Positions 1 to 12,391 are shown, counted from the stretch's first letter. The stretch: DNA of 51,734 nt from Prasinococcaceae sp. CCMP 1430 (GCA_013416795.1 RQSC01001193.1:1-51734); one strand, 5' to 3'. Notes: generated by a model not told the origin, from the sequence alone. Numbers and translations are program-made.

Positions 1-130
1 CCGCCCGCTTGCCCGCCCGCCCGCCGAGCGCGCGCGCGCTGGCCAGCCGAGAGGCTCGGCGGCGCACCGCCCCGACTCGCGCGCCGAGTGGCAGCGGGGG
101 TGGCTCACGCGGTAGGAATCTGCGTCGTGT

Positions 131-168
131 TGGGGTGGGGGTGGGCGTGGGCGTGGGGGTGGGGGTGG
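131..168 (+). repeat. G-rich (GTGGGG/GTGGGC)n tract, potential G-quadruplex
   Basis: Six or more G3-G5 runs with 1-3 nt loops. Confidence 0.6.
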
Positions 169-597
169 AGGCTGACCAGTGCGCGCGGGAGGAGCCGCCA
201 CACGAGCCGCCGCCACTTCGTGGTTCTCTCTACAAACCCTACTCGTAATTGAACCCTAAAGGCGGATTTGGGGATCCCACCACCGAATTCCCCATGGGAC
301 CATCATGATGGTGCTGCCATCGTGGTACTACTGGCCCATCATGACGGAATGAGGGGTGACAGGAATGTCTTGTGCTCGAGTCCCACTACCATCCCCGGAT
401 GGTAGGACTACTACTAGTCTAGCTCTAGACTAATAGTAGACTAGTGACTACATTAGTACTACGTACATTTACCGAAGGCATGATTGCCGGCCGGGGCCCT
501 GCTCGTCGGCGGGCGCTCGGGCAAAGGAGGTTCGGTTGCAGCGGTGGCAGAGTCGTCGCCCTCTGGTCGTGCTCAGTCACACACGGAGTCCCCCGGC

Positions 598-2346
598 CTA
601 AGAATCAGTGCCGGCGACCAGACGAACGTCCGTCTGCACGGGCAGCTGACACGCCGGGCACCGAGGGCCCGCGCCAAGCTCGGTGGACGTGGCCAGCCAC
701 TTATCCAAGCATTCCGCGTGGAAAATGTGTGCGCAGCCGCCAACCACGTGGAGCCGCTTAGCACGTCCCGACGTTGAAATGCCGTTCGAAGCGTCGTCGG
801 CATATATGCCAAGGTCGCCCCAGCATATGCCGCACTCTCGCGGCGGCTCCCTGCCGTCTTCCCGAAGCATTTGCACGACCTTGCGCACGTGCAAGCCGCC
901 GTCAGCCGGCGACTCAACGTTGCTGAGGCTGCATCGTACCGCCCTCAGGACCCCCCGTGCGCACGCAGCGAGCGCGAGGTTTTCGGCCAGCCTGAAGTGG
1001 TGCAGCGCTTGGCCGAGGTTGCTTTCTTGAGGGCTTCGGGAAAGATCTGTGCCATGCGCTGACACCCCCTCAGCGGCCTGATGCATGCGCACGTAGCTGT
1101 TTGCGATGTTGAGGTGCAAGCTGGCCGTGCAGCTCAGCCGATGGGTCGTCAGAATGGTCGGCGTGCTGCCCCCCAGCTTGTCAGCCTCGTTCCAGCGATG
1201 CGCGGACGCGAGTGCGGCCATGAACGCGACGAGTGCCAACCTGTCATCGTGCACGCCCGTGGAGCTGAGGACATTGCCGAGGTTGCAGAACGACGACATC
1301 TCCGCAGCAACGTCCCCAGTGCCAGTCGCGAGGACCAGGCATGCTGCGTACGCGCGTTGCGCCGATTCCATTTGACCGCGCGCGAAGGCCAGGCTGCCGA
1401 GGCCGCTCAGCGCCCGCGCGAGCATTCTGAGTTGCGTGTCGTCCAGGTGGCGCGTCGTGGCGGAGACGACGTCTCGCAGGCTCGATGCGCACTCGTCCAG
1501 CGTGTAGAGCACGTGCACCCCGTCCTCGTCGATGGTCGTCAGCATCTCAGTTTCCTCGGTACTCAGCTGCAGGAGCTCGTATAGGCTTTCCGCCGCCTCT
1601 GACTCCTGGCAAGGCGCGCTCTGCACGACGAGGGCTGCAATCACGAATGGCAGCACTTCAGCGCTGACTGGCAGACCGTGGCCAAAAAGCTGCGCCATGG
1701 CGCCGTCGACGGCGTCGCTGCGCGAGCGCTCCGCAGCCTCAGCACCGCCCACACTCGGTCGCAATCCACTGCGAGGCACCTTGGTTTGCTGCTCGCAGTA
1801 CCCGGCCCAATCACTTTTGGTCGGAGGCACCAGGACTCGCCTCACAACACTCATGTACGAGTTTCGACACGCGTCAAAGCAATGCCTCTCGCGAAGCACG
1901 TGCGCTCTCCCGAGCATTGCCTGGACGCGCAGGTCCTCAAGAGTCCGCGTTGCGTCCTCGCAGCTGCCATCTACTCCGTCCGGACACTCCTCCCCAGGCG
2001 AGCTGTTGTGTCTGCTTGCGTAGTCTGCGGCCTTGTCGAAGGCCTCGAGCGCGAGCTTCAGGGCGCTTCGGTCGAGCAGCGCCTGTCCCTTGTACAGCCA
2101 CTCCTCGGCCACGTCCACGCAATTCTTCCCAATCGTTGTCGACCCGTCGCGACCGCAAGGGGAGTCGCTGACCCCTTCATCAGCTTCACCCCCACCCGGG
2201 GCGCAGACAGCGCCGCCACCCGAACCGTGGTCGCCATTACCACTCGCCGCCGAGGCAGCATCTGTCAGTGTCACCGCGCTTGCTGCCGCCCCATGGCTGC
2301 CCGCCGAGCGTCCGCTCGCGTGCTGCAAGGAGTCCCTCGCCTCCAT
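598..2346 (-). CDS. TPR-repeat protein with C-terminal RING-H2 finger (putative E3 ubiquitin ligase), about 582 aa, single exon
   Basis: First in-frame ATG at 2346 (MEARDSL). The ORF-track extension to 2562 is the antisense of PCNA exon 1. TPR-like helices include YKGQALLDRSALKLALEAFDKA, LSGLGSLAFARGQMESAQRAY and FCNLGNVLSS. RING-H2: CGIC...CAHIFHAEC...CPAC. Confidence 0.8.
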   Translation of the reverse strand: MEARDSLQHASGRSAGSHGAAASAVTLTDAASAASGNGDHGSGGGAVCAPGGGEADEGVSDSPCGRDGSTTIGKNCVDVAEEWLYKGQALLDRSALKLALEAFDKAADYASRHNSSPGEECPDGVDGSCEDATRTLEDLRVQAMLGRAHVLRERHCFDACRNSYMSVVRRVLVPPTKSDWAGYCEQQTKVPRSGLRPSVGGAEAAERSRSDAVDGAMAQLFGHGLPVSAEVLPFVIAALVVQSAPCQESEAAESLYELLQLSTEETEMLTTIDEDGVHVLYTLDECASSLRDVVSATTRHLDDTQLRMLARALSGLGSLAFARGQMESAQRAYAACLVLATGTGDVAAEMSSFCNLGNVLSSTGVHDDRLALVAFMAALASAHRWNEADKLGGSTPTILTTHRLSCTASLHLNIANSYVRMHQAAEGVSAHGTDLSRSPQESNLGQALHHFRLAENLALAACARGVLRAVRCSLSNVESPADGGLHVRKVVQMLREDGREPPRECGICWGDLGIYADDASNGISTSGRAKRLHVVGGCAHIFHAECLDKWLATSTELGAGPRCPACQLPVQTDVRLVAGTDS

Positions 2347-2364
2347 CTCTGCCTGCGCCGCTGA

Positions 2365-3827
<1,463 letters not shown>

Positions 3828-4016
3828 GCTCCCCGTCATGGTCGTGACAGGGGGCCTTCCACCAGCACGCAGCAGAGGGGGTATCATTAAAAACACAAAA
3901 TGGAACACCGGGCACACGCGCGAAGCATGCGAACGGCTGCACGAGGCGGGCGTCCGGTCGCGGCCAATCCAGCACGTACAGTATATTAGTGGGTGCGCGG
4001 TGCGTGCGCGCGCGTC

Positions 4017-7000
4017 TCATTCGTCTGTCGTGGCGTCCGTGTCCATCGGCGCGGGCGCATCTTGCACGTCCTTCTCGTCGGCGGGCGCAGGCTCGCTCGC
4101 GTTCACCTCGGCTGCGCCAGCTGCCGCGGCGGCCACAGCGCCAATGACTGCGGCGTTCATGGCCTCCTGCTTGGCCGCCTCCTCCTGAGCCACTTCGCAG
4201 GCCTTGTCCGCTTCCTCCTTGGCCGCCTCGCAGGCCTTGGCCGCTTCTGCTGCCTTGGCCTCGGCAACGGCCTTGGCAGCCTCAGCGGCCCGGGCCTCCT
4301 TCGCCAGTCGGTTCTTAAATGCCTTGATGATGTGAAAGACGCCAGCGTGGCCCTTGGCGCGCTCTGCCAGCTTGATGGCAGACTCGACCGACACCTTCGG
4401 CTCCACGAAGCCGGTCACCTCCAGAGCGAGTTCGGTGAGCCTGTCGCCCTCAGCGCCGAGCCGCTCCCTGATGTAGTACACGGCTCCAAGCGCCTGCAGA
4501 GCGCTCTCGAACTCAGCGAGGGCGTCTTCGCGCGCGGGGTAGCGTCCCTTTTCGCGCACGATCGCGCACATCTCTTCGAAGACCTCGCGTGCCATGCTCG
4601 CCACTGTGTCGCCGAGTGTGCCCATGAGCGCGCGCACAGGCCGCGTGCGGAGCCTCGGGCTCGGGTAGCGCGCTGACACGTCGCGCATGACCTGTGAAAT
4701 GAGGTCCAGTCGCTTGAGCATCCAGCGCTTGCCAGGCTCGTCTGCGGCCGGCAGCGCGCAGATGTGCCTCTGCGTCGCCTGCAGGAAGGATGACTCCACG
4801 CTCCAGCCGCCGCTTGAGTCACCTTCCGGGTCCTCGCGCTCCACCTCGTCCGCGTGTCCCTCGAGGTGCTCCGCTGGTGAGTCGCGGGCTCCACCTTGCT
4901 GTTTGCCTTGCGCATCCTCCCTCGCGGAGGCCGCACCCCCGTCGCTGCCGCCCCCTCCCGCAACCTGCGCCTCCCCTTCCAGCCGCTCGCTGGCATCGAA
5001 GAACTCGTCCTTTGCGTCGTCGCCCGGGCGATCGCTGCCATCCGCCGCGTCTGCCTGTGAAGCATCGCCCGCCGCTCTGGGAGCGCCGGCGGGAGCAGCT
5101 ACGTCCGCCACCTCCGGCTGAGCCTCGTCGGCACTGGCACCAGCCTCGGAGGTGGGGGCAGAAGCAAGCTGACCCGCTGCTGCGGGTCGGACCAGCGGGG
5201 GCTCGGTCGGGGGAGCGATGCTGGCGCACGCGAGCGCAGGCTCCCACCTGTCGGCGCGCGCCGCAAGCATGCCGAAGGATGTAGCCGCAAAGAGGCGCTT
5301 GGCTGCGGCAAGCGCAGAGCCCAGCGCGTCCGCGCCGCGCTCGCCCTTCACGCAGCTCCAGTAAAACTCGAAGGCCATCGCATCGATGGCATCGTGGTCG
5401 TCGCTTCCCTCAGTCGCGTCGAGCGCGCGCGCGAGCGCCGCGCCGTACGCGCCCTTGAGCATGGCAGTCATATCTGTGAGCACGTTGTAGTAGTCTCCCT
5501 TGGAGCTGATCACCGAAATGAGTTTTTCGAGCGTCTGCAGGGATTGCATGTGGCCCTCGGCGCCACGCTCGGCGAGCAAGCGGACGTACAGCGCGATGCA
5601 CTTGCGCAAGCAGCCGATGAATTTGCGTGAACTCTCGCCGCGAAGTATCAGCAGCAGTGGGTGTGCCGCCGACCACGGTGCCGCCCCCGGACTGCCATCG
5701 TCTGACCGCTTCGAGGCGGTGGCGCCCTCGGCTTCTCCGGCCCCAGAACTGTTGCGCGCAGCCTGTTCGTAAACCTCGCGCCTGTGCTCCGCTCGCTTCT
5801 TGCGGCCGCCGGCAGCACCAGAAAAGATCGACCCCTCCGTGATCTCCCACATATTTATGCCCGTGTATCCGCGGACCACGAAGAGCGACACCAGGTCGTC
5901 GATGCCCGCTTCGATCGCGCCCGACACCGCTGCCTCGCTCGTCGGATCGGGAACGCTCAGTGGCGACAGGCGCGCGAGTGCGAGCCTGTAGGCAGCCTTG
6001 TGGAACCATTTGGAGAAGCTCCACACCTTGGCCATGGCCGCGATGCCATCCGCGTGCATACGGCGCGCCAGGTCCTTGGCCTTCACGCCGCGGCAAGCGC
6101 TCTGCTCGCAGCAGTACTCCGCGGCGATTTTCGCGACCGCCCTGAGTTTAGCATCGTCGCCATCCTCCGCCGCACGCTCGAGCATCTTGAGGCGGGTCGC
6201 GTGCATCGTATAAAATGGTTCGACGATGCCAGGGGCCATGCGCGCGGCCTTGGCGATCGCATCGAGCGCCTCCGTGTGCTCCCCAAGCTTGCTGTGCAAC
6301 TTGCCGCAGTAGTATCGCCACAGCCACCCCTGGTCGATCCCCCTCCTGTCCGGGGCGATGCGCTTCAGGTATTCCTCATCAACTATGGGCGGGTTGTTTG
6401 AGGCTATGTCGAAGGCGGCGAGCGCGAAGCGTACCGTCGCCACGTACGCGGCCTCGCCCTTGCCGGGCAGCGGACCGAGCATGTCGTGCACAGGCGGCAC
6501 GCGCTGGAGCATGTCGTAGCTGGCCAGTCCAAGATACTCGGCGACCGTCGCCATATCCATGCCCGGCTCGGTCGATCCTGTCGCTTTGATCATCGCCAGC
6601 GCCCTCAGCAAGCAGCGGCGGCTCCTCCTGCGGAACGTCGCCACGCGCTCCCGCATGAAGTAGCCGTCAGGGAACCACTCGTCAGCACCATCGCGCTCCC
6701 ATGAGGCGCAGTCCATCACCTTCGCAGCATCGTTGAGTATGAGATCGAGCGCGTCGTCGTAGACCTTCGCCAGCGACAGCCAGCCCAGGATCCTCTCGGA
6801 GTTGAAGAGCAGGTCGCTCTTCAGCATGTCAGACAGGGGCTTGACGAAGTCTTCGTCGTGGCGATCGTGCATGACCTGCGCGACCTCGGAGTTTTGGATT
6901 GGATCTTCTGCGTTGAAGCACAGCCAGTGCAGCGTCGAGTGGGTGCCGGCGTTCGGGTCCTCCGCGCGCGCGTCACTCACTCCGCGGGCATCCCAGGCGC

Positions 7001-10000
7001 GCGGGAAGTTCAGGGTGACTGATTCCGCGATGGGCTCTGAGCCAGTGATGCGAGGCAGCATGTCCGCACCTAGCTCCACCTCGTCGACGCCTTCCGCGTC
7101 AAGGAAGGTGTCAAAGTCGAAGAGCGATGAGTAGTCCGCAACGACGGTATCGAAGTGATGGCGCACCGCCTTCATCACGATTGCGAGCCTGTACATCCTC
7201 CCTGGCGGGGCACTCTTCGCCGTAGGGACAACAAAGTGCTGGAACAAGTCTGCTGCCTCTCGCCGCGTTGCTATGTTTATGTCTTCGAGCTTCATGTCCT
7301 TGGTGACGAGGTTTTCCTTGTCGCGAAGGACCTCCACCGATGTGTCGAGCGTCACGCCGTACAGGGGCTTCAGACACTTCGCGAGCGCGGCGTCCACCAC
7401 TTCCTCCACCTCGGTGACAACCTCGATGGCATCCTCTGGCTCGATTTTCTGCGAGCGTCGCGTTTTTCGTGACTCGGCCGCCGCCTCAAGGGCCTGCAAA
7501 CGTTTCGAGAGCGCGCCCTTGCGCTGCACCAGGCGCCCGAGCATGTGGCGCAGAAAGGCCGCGTTGCGGGACTTGATTGCACCACCGCCGCTGTTGGTAA
7601 GTAGCTCCTGCAGCATCAGCAGCAGGCGGGTCTCCCTCCGCGACGCCTCGGCGAGGGATGTGTCCTGAACCTCCAGGGCCAACGCCGCCAGCGAAGAGAA
7701 CGCCAGCGACGCGTCAGAGAGCGCAGTCGCGTCCGTTCCGAGGTTGATCGCCCGCGCCCTCTTCTTTTTGATCGTGTTCGCGCCCTCGGCCATGCGCGCA
7801 TCGATCGCATCCATGACGCGCACCATAAGATCGCGTACGACCTTGAGAGGCACAGCCGCCACGCGCGCAGCGGCGCGTTCGCCGCCATTCTCGGCAACGA
7901 GGGCCACGGCGCGCCTCGCGCTCTCCGACACGGCCCGCAGGACCTCGCCGAGACTTGGCATGTTGGGATGCGACAGGCTCACAGACCGGCGCTTGGCCTT
8001 CTTGCTAGCCTCGCGGCTCACGCGGGTGAGCAGTCCGTCAAGAGTCACCAATTCGAGGAGAAGGCTGCGATCGCCGAACAAGTTGTCGAGTCCAGTATCA
8101 CCGTCGCCTTCCGTCTCAGCGTTCTTTGTGACGCCCGAGAGCGACTCGAACGCCTTGATCGCAATCCACAGCATCTGGGTTTCCTCATCGGTCGTAAAGA
8201 CATTCGAGAACAAACGCGACTTGGATCCCTCCGCGCGCAGGAACGGCCCGAGGTCCTCGAGCATAGCGCGTTCCTGGCCATTCTTGAGCAGCTCCTCCGA
8301 GTTTTGTAGGACTTGCCTGATCTCCAGCTTGCTCAGATATTGGCGGACGACCTCCGGCCTAGGCCCGCAACCGCCGAGGGAAGCCACCGACTCGTCCGGC
8401 AGCTCACCGCCCTCGCCGAAAAGCAGCTTAGCACACTCTTTGAGGTGCATCACGCCGAAATTGAAGTTGCTTTCGTGCATGGCCGCGCGCCCACAGAGCC
8501 AATGCAGCGCGGCCGCCGCCGTGTGAGTGGCCGGGACGCCGAACATGCTCACGGGCAGGGTGTCGACACCCTCGTCGGAGGGGCCTGAGCCCGCGGCGTC
8601 GTGATGCGCGAGCATAGACGCCACTGCCGCGGCCACCGACTCGCTCGCCTTGGAAACGTGGGCTTTCTCTTTCGCAGCCCACTTCTCAGATCTGTCCTCC
8701 GCCCGCTGGTCTTCGTCGTCCTCGTCCTGGTCCTCTTCGTCAAAGGCGATTTCCTCCATGATCTGCTCATCCTTAATGGCGCGCACGGCTGCGATATGGC
8801 ACTCGCCGAGGGCGATCAGTTCCTCGGTATCCCACGAAAAGCCGCCAGCCCCAGCTCCGCCGACCCTGTCCAGGGCGAGCGCCAGTTCGGCGAGGACGGC
8901 TGCAGTCGCAGACTCGTGCGCGGCACCATCGGCGAGAGCACTTTTCAGCACGCGCGCAGCAGCCACCGCCGAGCAGCACTTATTTTCGTTCAGAGCCTCG
9001 ATGCACGATTTGACCGACGCGGCGTCGTGCTCCTGCGGCCGAATCTGCGCGGCTGCATCCGAGGCCGAGGCCGGTTCGGCGGCATCGGAGCCAGCCTCCG
9101 CGGGCGTGTCCTCGGGGGCGCTGCCCGTCTCCGCGTCGACCGCCTCCTCGGGAATGAACGAGGCGAGGGTCTCCTTCGCCGTCTCGACGGTCACAGGCAC
9201 GGCCGCCGCTTTGGCGATCTCTTTCGCCTCCTCTGCCTCACGCACTTCGCGATCACGCACACGGGAAGACTTGCGACTCGGCTCGGGCTTGGACTTGGCC
9301 TTCTTGCCCTTGCCTTTGCCCTTCTCTTTCTCCTGTGCGGTGGGTGCTCGCGCATCGGACGCTTGACGCTCCTTCGGAGCACTGTCGCAGTCCATGTCCT
9401 GCGCATCGGCGCCCGTACCAGTGGCGCCGAGTGCGTCCCCGGCGGGCACCGCCTCGCCTGCCGCGCCGGGCGCTGCGTCGCCGGCGGCGCCAGACGGAAC
9501 AGAGCCCCCAGGCTTCGATCCACCCTCTCCGGGACGTGCAGCTACGTCATCCCCGGTGAGCCGGAGCGCGATCACGCTAGCGCCGTCTTGCCCTGCGCTG
9601 GCACCCCGCAGCTGCTCGACCATCGCCTGCGCCAACGCGGCCCAAGATGCCGTGCACACGCCGACGAACACCTCGGGAACGGTCTCACGCACGTGCGTGG
9701 GGGTGGCCGGCGCGATGGGTTCGGCGTGTTTCGTCTTGGCGCGCTTCGCGGGCCGGGCACTGTGAGTCTTCGCAAGCGCTTCGAACGCGGCTTCGGCGCC
9801 GCCCTCGAGAGCATCCAAGTCGACGGGCGCCGGGTGTCGTGGGTTCATCCTGCGCAGCTTCGCCAGTGCCGCCCTGGCCGCCGCCACGTCACCGACGGCC
9901 GCCGCCGTGCGGCAGAGCCCCTCGAGGACGAGCCAGCTGCTGCCACCAGTGCACAGACAGGCGTTCTCATAGCAGTGTCTCGCCACATGCGGTTGCGCTG

Positions 10001-10373
10001 CTTCCTCGGCGAGCGCTGCCGTGCGTCGCCACAGCGGGCCGTCGTTCGGGTCGATCTCGCAAGCCTCCAGGCTGAAGGCGAGCGCCTCCTCCGGGCGACC
10101 GCCCTTGGCGGCAATTTCCGCGAGGTTCCTGCTTGCCAGGAAGCGCAGCTGTACGATCACGTTCGACTCGAGCGCGCGGCTCTCTTCGGTGCGGAGCTCG
10201 GCGCGCATCTCGCGAAGCACTCCATCGGCGACCGCCTCGTCGCCGGCGACGCGCGCTGCCATCGCCTTCTCATACGCGGCCGTGGCGGCCGCCTGCCGCG
10301 CCTCGGCGCTCGGTCCGCGCTGCTCCGCGGCGGGGACCACCGCGGGCGCCTCATTGATGCCGCGGAAGCCCAT
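4017..10373 (-). CDS. CABIN1: Calcineurin-binding protein 1 (CABIN1; HIRA complex subunit)-like, about 2118 aa, apparently intronless
   Basis: First ATG at 10373 (MGFRGINE). N-terminal TPRs (LRFLASRNLA, EIDPNDGPLWRR, ARHCYENA). C-terminal CABIN1-like blocks: SDLLFNSERILGWLSLAKVYD, WLWRYYCGKLHSKLG, EPFYTMHATRLK, WFHKAAYRLA. Confidence 0.85.
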   Translation of the reverse strand: MGFRGINEAPAVVPAAEQRGPSAEARQAAATAAYEKAMAARVAGDEAVADGVLREMRAELRTEESRALESNVIVQLRFLASRNLAEIAAKGGRPEEALAFSLEACEIDPNDGPLWRRTAALAEEAAQPHVARHCYENACLCTGGSSWLVLEGLCRTAAAVGDVAAARAALAKLRRMNPRHPAPVDLDALEGGAEAAFEALAKTHSARPAKRAKTKHAEPIAPATPTHVRETVPEVFVGVCTASWAALAQAMVEQLRGASAGQDGASVIALRLTGDDVAARPGEGGSKPGGSVPSGAAGDAAPGAAGEAVPAGDALGATGTGADAQDMDCDSAPKERQASDARAPTAQEKEKGKGKGKKAKSKPEPSRKSSRVRDREVREAEEAKEIAKAAAVPVTVETAKETLASFIPEEAVDAETGSAPEDTPAEAGSDAAEPASASDAAAQIRPQEHDAASVKSCIEALNENKCCSAVAAARVLKSALADGAAHESATAAVLAELALALDRVGGAGAGGFSWDTEELIALGECHIAAVRAIKDEQIMEEIAFDEEDQDEDDEDQRAEDRSEKWAAKEKAHVSKASESVAAAVASMLAHHDAAGSGPSDEGVDTLPVSMFGVPATHTAAAALHWLCGRAAMHESNFNFGVMHLKECAKLLFGEGGELPDESVASLGGCGPRPEVVRQYLSKLEIRQVLQNSEELLKNGQERAMLEDLGPFLRAEGSKSRLFSNVFTTDEETQMLWIAIKAFESLSGVTKNAETEGDGDTGLDNLFGDRSLLLELVTLDGLLTRVSREASKKAKRRSVSLSHPNMPSLGEVLRAVSESARRAVALVAENGGERAAARVAAVPLKVVRDLMVRVMDAIDARMAEGANTIKKKRARAINLGTDATALSDASLAFSSLAALALEVQDTSLAEASRRETRLLLMLQELLTNSGGGAIKSRNAAFLRHMLGRLVQRKGALSKRLQALEAAAESRKTRRSQKIEPEDAIEVVTEVEEVVDAALAKCLKPLYGVTLDTSVEVLRDKENLVTKDMKLEDINIATRREAADLFQHFVVPTAKSAPPGRMYRLAIVMKAVRHHFDTVVADYSSLFDFDTFLDAEGVDEVELGADMLPRITGSEPIAESVTLNFPRAWDARGVSDARAEDPNAGTHSTLHWLCFNAEDPIQNSEVAQVMHDRHDEDFVKPLSDMLKSDLLFNSERILGWLSLAKVYDDALDLILNDAAKVMDCASWERDGADEWFPDGYFMRERVATFRRRSRRCLLRALAMIKATGSTEPGMDMATVAEYLGLASYDMLQRVPPVHDMLGPLPGKGEAAYVATVRFALAAFDIASNNPPIVDEEYLKRIAPDRRGIDQGWLWRYYCGKLHSKLGEHTEALDAIAKAARMAPGIVEPFYTMHATRLKMLERAAEDGDDAKLRAVAKIAAEYCCEQSACRGVKAKDLARRMHADGIAAMAKVWSFSKWFHKAAYRLALARLSPLSVPDPTSEAAVSGAIEAGIDDLVSLFVVRGYTGINMWEITEGSIFSGAAGGRKKRAEHRREVYEQAARNSSGAGEAEGATASKRSDDGSPGAAPWSAAHPLLLILRGESSRKFIGCLRKCIALYVRLLAERGAEGHMQSLQTLEKLISVISSKGDYYNVLTDMTAMLKGAYGAALARALDATEGSDDHDAIDAMAFEFYWSCVKGERGADALGSALAAAKRLFAATSFGMLAARADRWEPALACASIAPPTEPPLVRPAAAGQLASAPTSEAGASADEAQPEVADVAAPAGAPRAAGDASQADAADGSDRPGDDAKDEFFDASERLEGEAQVAGGGGSDGGAASAREDAQGKQQGGARDSPAEHLEGHADEVEREDPEGDSSGGWSVESSFLQATQRHICALPAADEPGKRWMLKRLDLISQVMRDVSARYPSPRLRTRPVRALMGTLGDTVASMAREVFEEMCAIVREKGRYPAREDALAEFESALQALGAVYYIRERLGAEGDRLTELALEVTGFVEPKVSVESAIKLAERAKGHAGVFHIIKAFKNRLAKEARAAEAAKAVAEAKAAEAAKACEAAKEEADKACEVAQEEAAKQEAMNAAVIGAVAAAAAGAAEVNASEPAPADEKDVQDAPAPMDTDATTDE

Positions 10374-11073
10374 CGTGGTTGCCGGCCCGCGCGCCCCCGC
10401 ACGCTGCGCAGAGCACGAGCAACCCGCGCGGCGCAACAGGAGCAGGCGGAGCGCGGCGCCGCGCGGTTTCGACGAGCAGCGGCAGCGGCGGCGGCGGCGG
10501 CGGCGGCGCCACCGGGGGAGGGGGGGGGGGAGGGGGGCTGCGCGCAGTGTGGCACGCCAACGCAGCGTTTCGAATGCGAATGCGCACCGTCGATGCCGTA
10601 TGAATTGAATTCCATTCTTTGGGCTGCAGCAGGCAAATTGCTTTGTTTTTTCAGTTTTGGACTCTTTTCTCTGTTCTTTCGCGCGCGTTTTCGGCCTCGG
10701 GTGCGATTTGATGAAGGACGCGCCGCAGAATGCTCTCCCGTGGGTACTTTTATCGTTCGTTTGAGGGTTTTATTCCGCGGCTGTTGTGTTCGGTCGCGTT
10801 CGGCGCGAATCGATGCGGCGGCGCGTTTTCGCGTTCGCGCGCGCGCGGGCGCGGGTGGGGTGGGGTGGGGTGGCACACGTGCGGCGCGGGGCGCCCCCCC
10901 CCCCAACCCCAACCCCAACCACCTCCCCGGCCGTCCCGCTCCGCGCTTCTCGCGCGTGCGCCGACGGCTGTGGTGCGCGAGGGGGGTGAAGCGCGGGGGC
11001 GCGGCGCGGCAGTACCTCGAGCACGCGGCGGGCCCGCGCGGCCTCGGGGCGCCGCGCGGCTGCCCTGAGCGGC

Positions 11074-12349
11074 ACGAGCTGCGCGCGCGCGATGTCGTGT
11101 GCGTCGGCCGGCCCAATTTCAAGCTCGTCGCGGGGAAGCCCGAGCCGATGCCCAATGACGAGCTCAAGGTGCGTCGTGCAGCCTCTGCGCTAGCCGCCGC
11201 GCCGCAGGCGGCGCACGCTGACCCCCGCAGCGCGCGCAGGAGGGCGACATGTGCATAAACACGCTGGACGCTGCCCGAGTGAGCGGTGGGGCGCTCCCTG
11301 AGCCCACGGCCGGCATGAGCCGCGTGCAGGCACGCATCGTGCTGCAAGAAGACGGCACGCACGTGCTGGAGAGCGCATCGCTGTGCGGAACGTACGTCAA
11401 CGGCAAGAGGATCGACCCCGGCAGTGCGCCACTCAGGCACGGAGATATTGTCGTGTTTGGTGGCGTGGGCACGCGCGTCGAGCGCGGTGGTATGTTGCCC
11501 GACACCGAGCGGACGCCCGCGTTCGCCTACAGGTACATGGTCGAGGGCGAGCGCGCCGCTGCCCGCGACGGCGACGCGCCAGGACCGGCCGATGCTGCGA
11601 CTGAGACCGCGGCGGTTGGTGTTGCGGACTCGATCGACGGCGCACGAGCGAAAGGAGGCACTAGCAACAAGCATCTGCTCGACGATGGCGGTGCCCAAGG
11701 GAGCCTCCCGCTGCCCTCATCGCAGCGCGTCGAGGCTCCCCAGCCCATCGATGCGGATGGTGCCACGCCGTGCGGCGAGCGGGCCAAGCAGCCCATGGCC
11801 AACGAAGCGGAGGAGCTTGACGGTGACGGCCAGAAGCAGCAGCAGACGGAGAGAGCGCACCAGGGCGGCGGAGAGCCTCGGATGGTGAACGACAAAACAC
11901 GATGCGACGAAGACGATGGGCCAGGGCTGGTCGGCGAGCAGCGCCACGCATCCCATGGGGATCAGGTGGGTGAGCCGGAGACGGGCGCTCTGCCCGACGT
12001 GCTGCCGGCGCAAGACGCGTCTGGCACTGGAGCAATGGCAGGTGGCGCGCCCACTCTCCCCTCGCAGCCCTCGCAGCCATCACAGCGGCCGCAGACGCGC
12101 ATGGGCCCGCCGACGGCGCTCGTTGCGGAGGCGCAGTTGCCTTTCGACGAGGACGAGTACGCGCTCGGCGGGCCAATTACTCGCTCGGCGGTCGCGGAGG
12201 CGGTCCTGTCGGGAGACAGCCTCGCCCAACTGCGAAAGGTCTTGAATATCCCCGAGCCCACGGCCGCACAGAGGGCGAAGCGGCGGCGCGTGTCGGCTGC
12301 TACCGACCCTGCAAGCCTCGGCCCGCCAAAGTCGGCGGGACAGGAATAG
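11074..12349 (+). CDS. FHA-domain protein with low-complexity C-terminus; intron 11169..11239; true start unresolved (given start is approximate)
   Basis: Removing gtgcgt...cgcag (11169-11239) joins VVCVGRP...NDELK to EGDMCINT...MSRVQARI...SLCGTYVNGKRI...LRHGDIVVFGG, an FHA-like sequence. No in-frame ATG is visible upstream of the GR motif. Confidence 0.7.
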
Positions 12350-12391
12350 CGTGGGGCGCTGGGCGTGTGGCCCACGCTTTTGCGTTAGAGT

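Noticed and set aside
270-470. Resemblance to a cloning polylinker (BamHI, EcoRI, NcoI, XhoI, SpeI, XbaI sites)
   Set aside because: No vector or primer context, irregular spacing, and similar CTAG palindromes occur elsewhere in the window.
8601-11258. 885-aa plus-strand ORF and similar long ORFs (2627-3433, 17821-18726, 28936-30003, 46538-47824)
   Set aside because: These are antisense shadows of GC3-rich real genes with no recognisable motifs. Only the last about 30 codons of 8601-11258 belong to the FHA gene.
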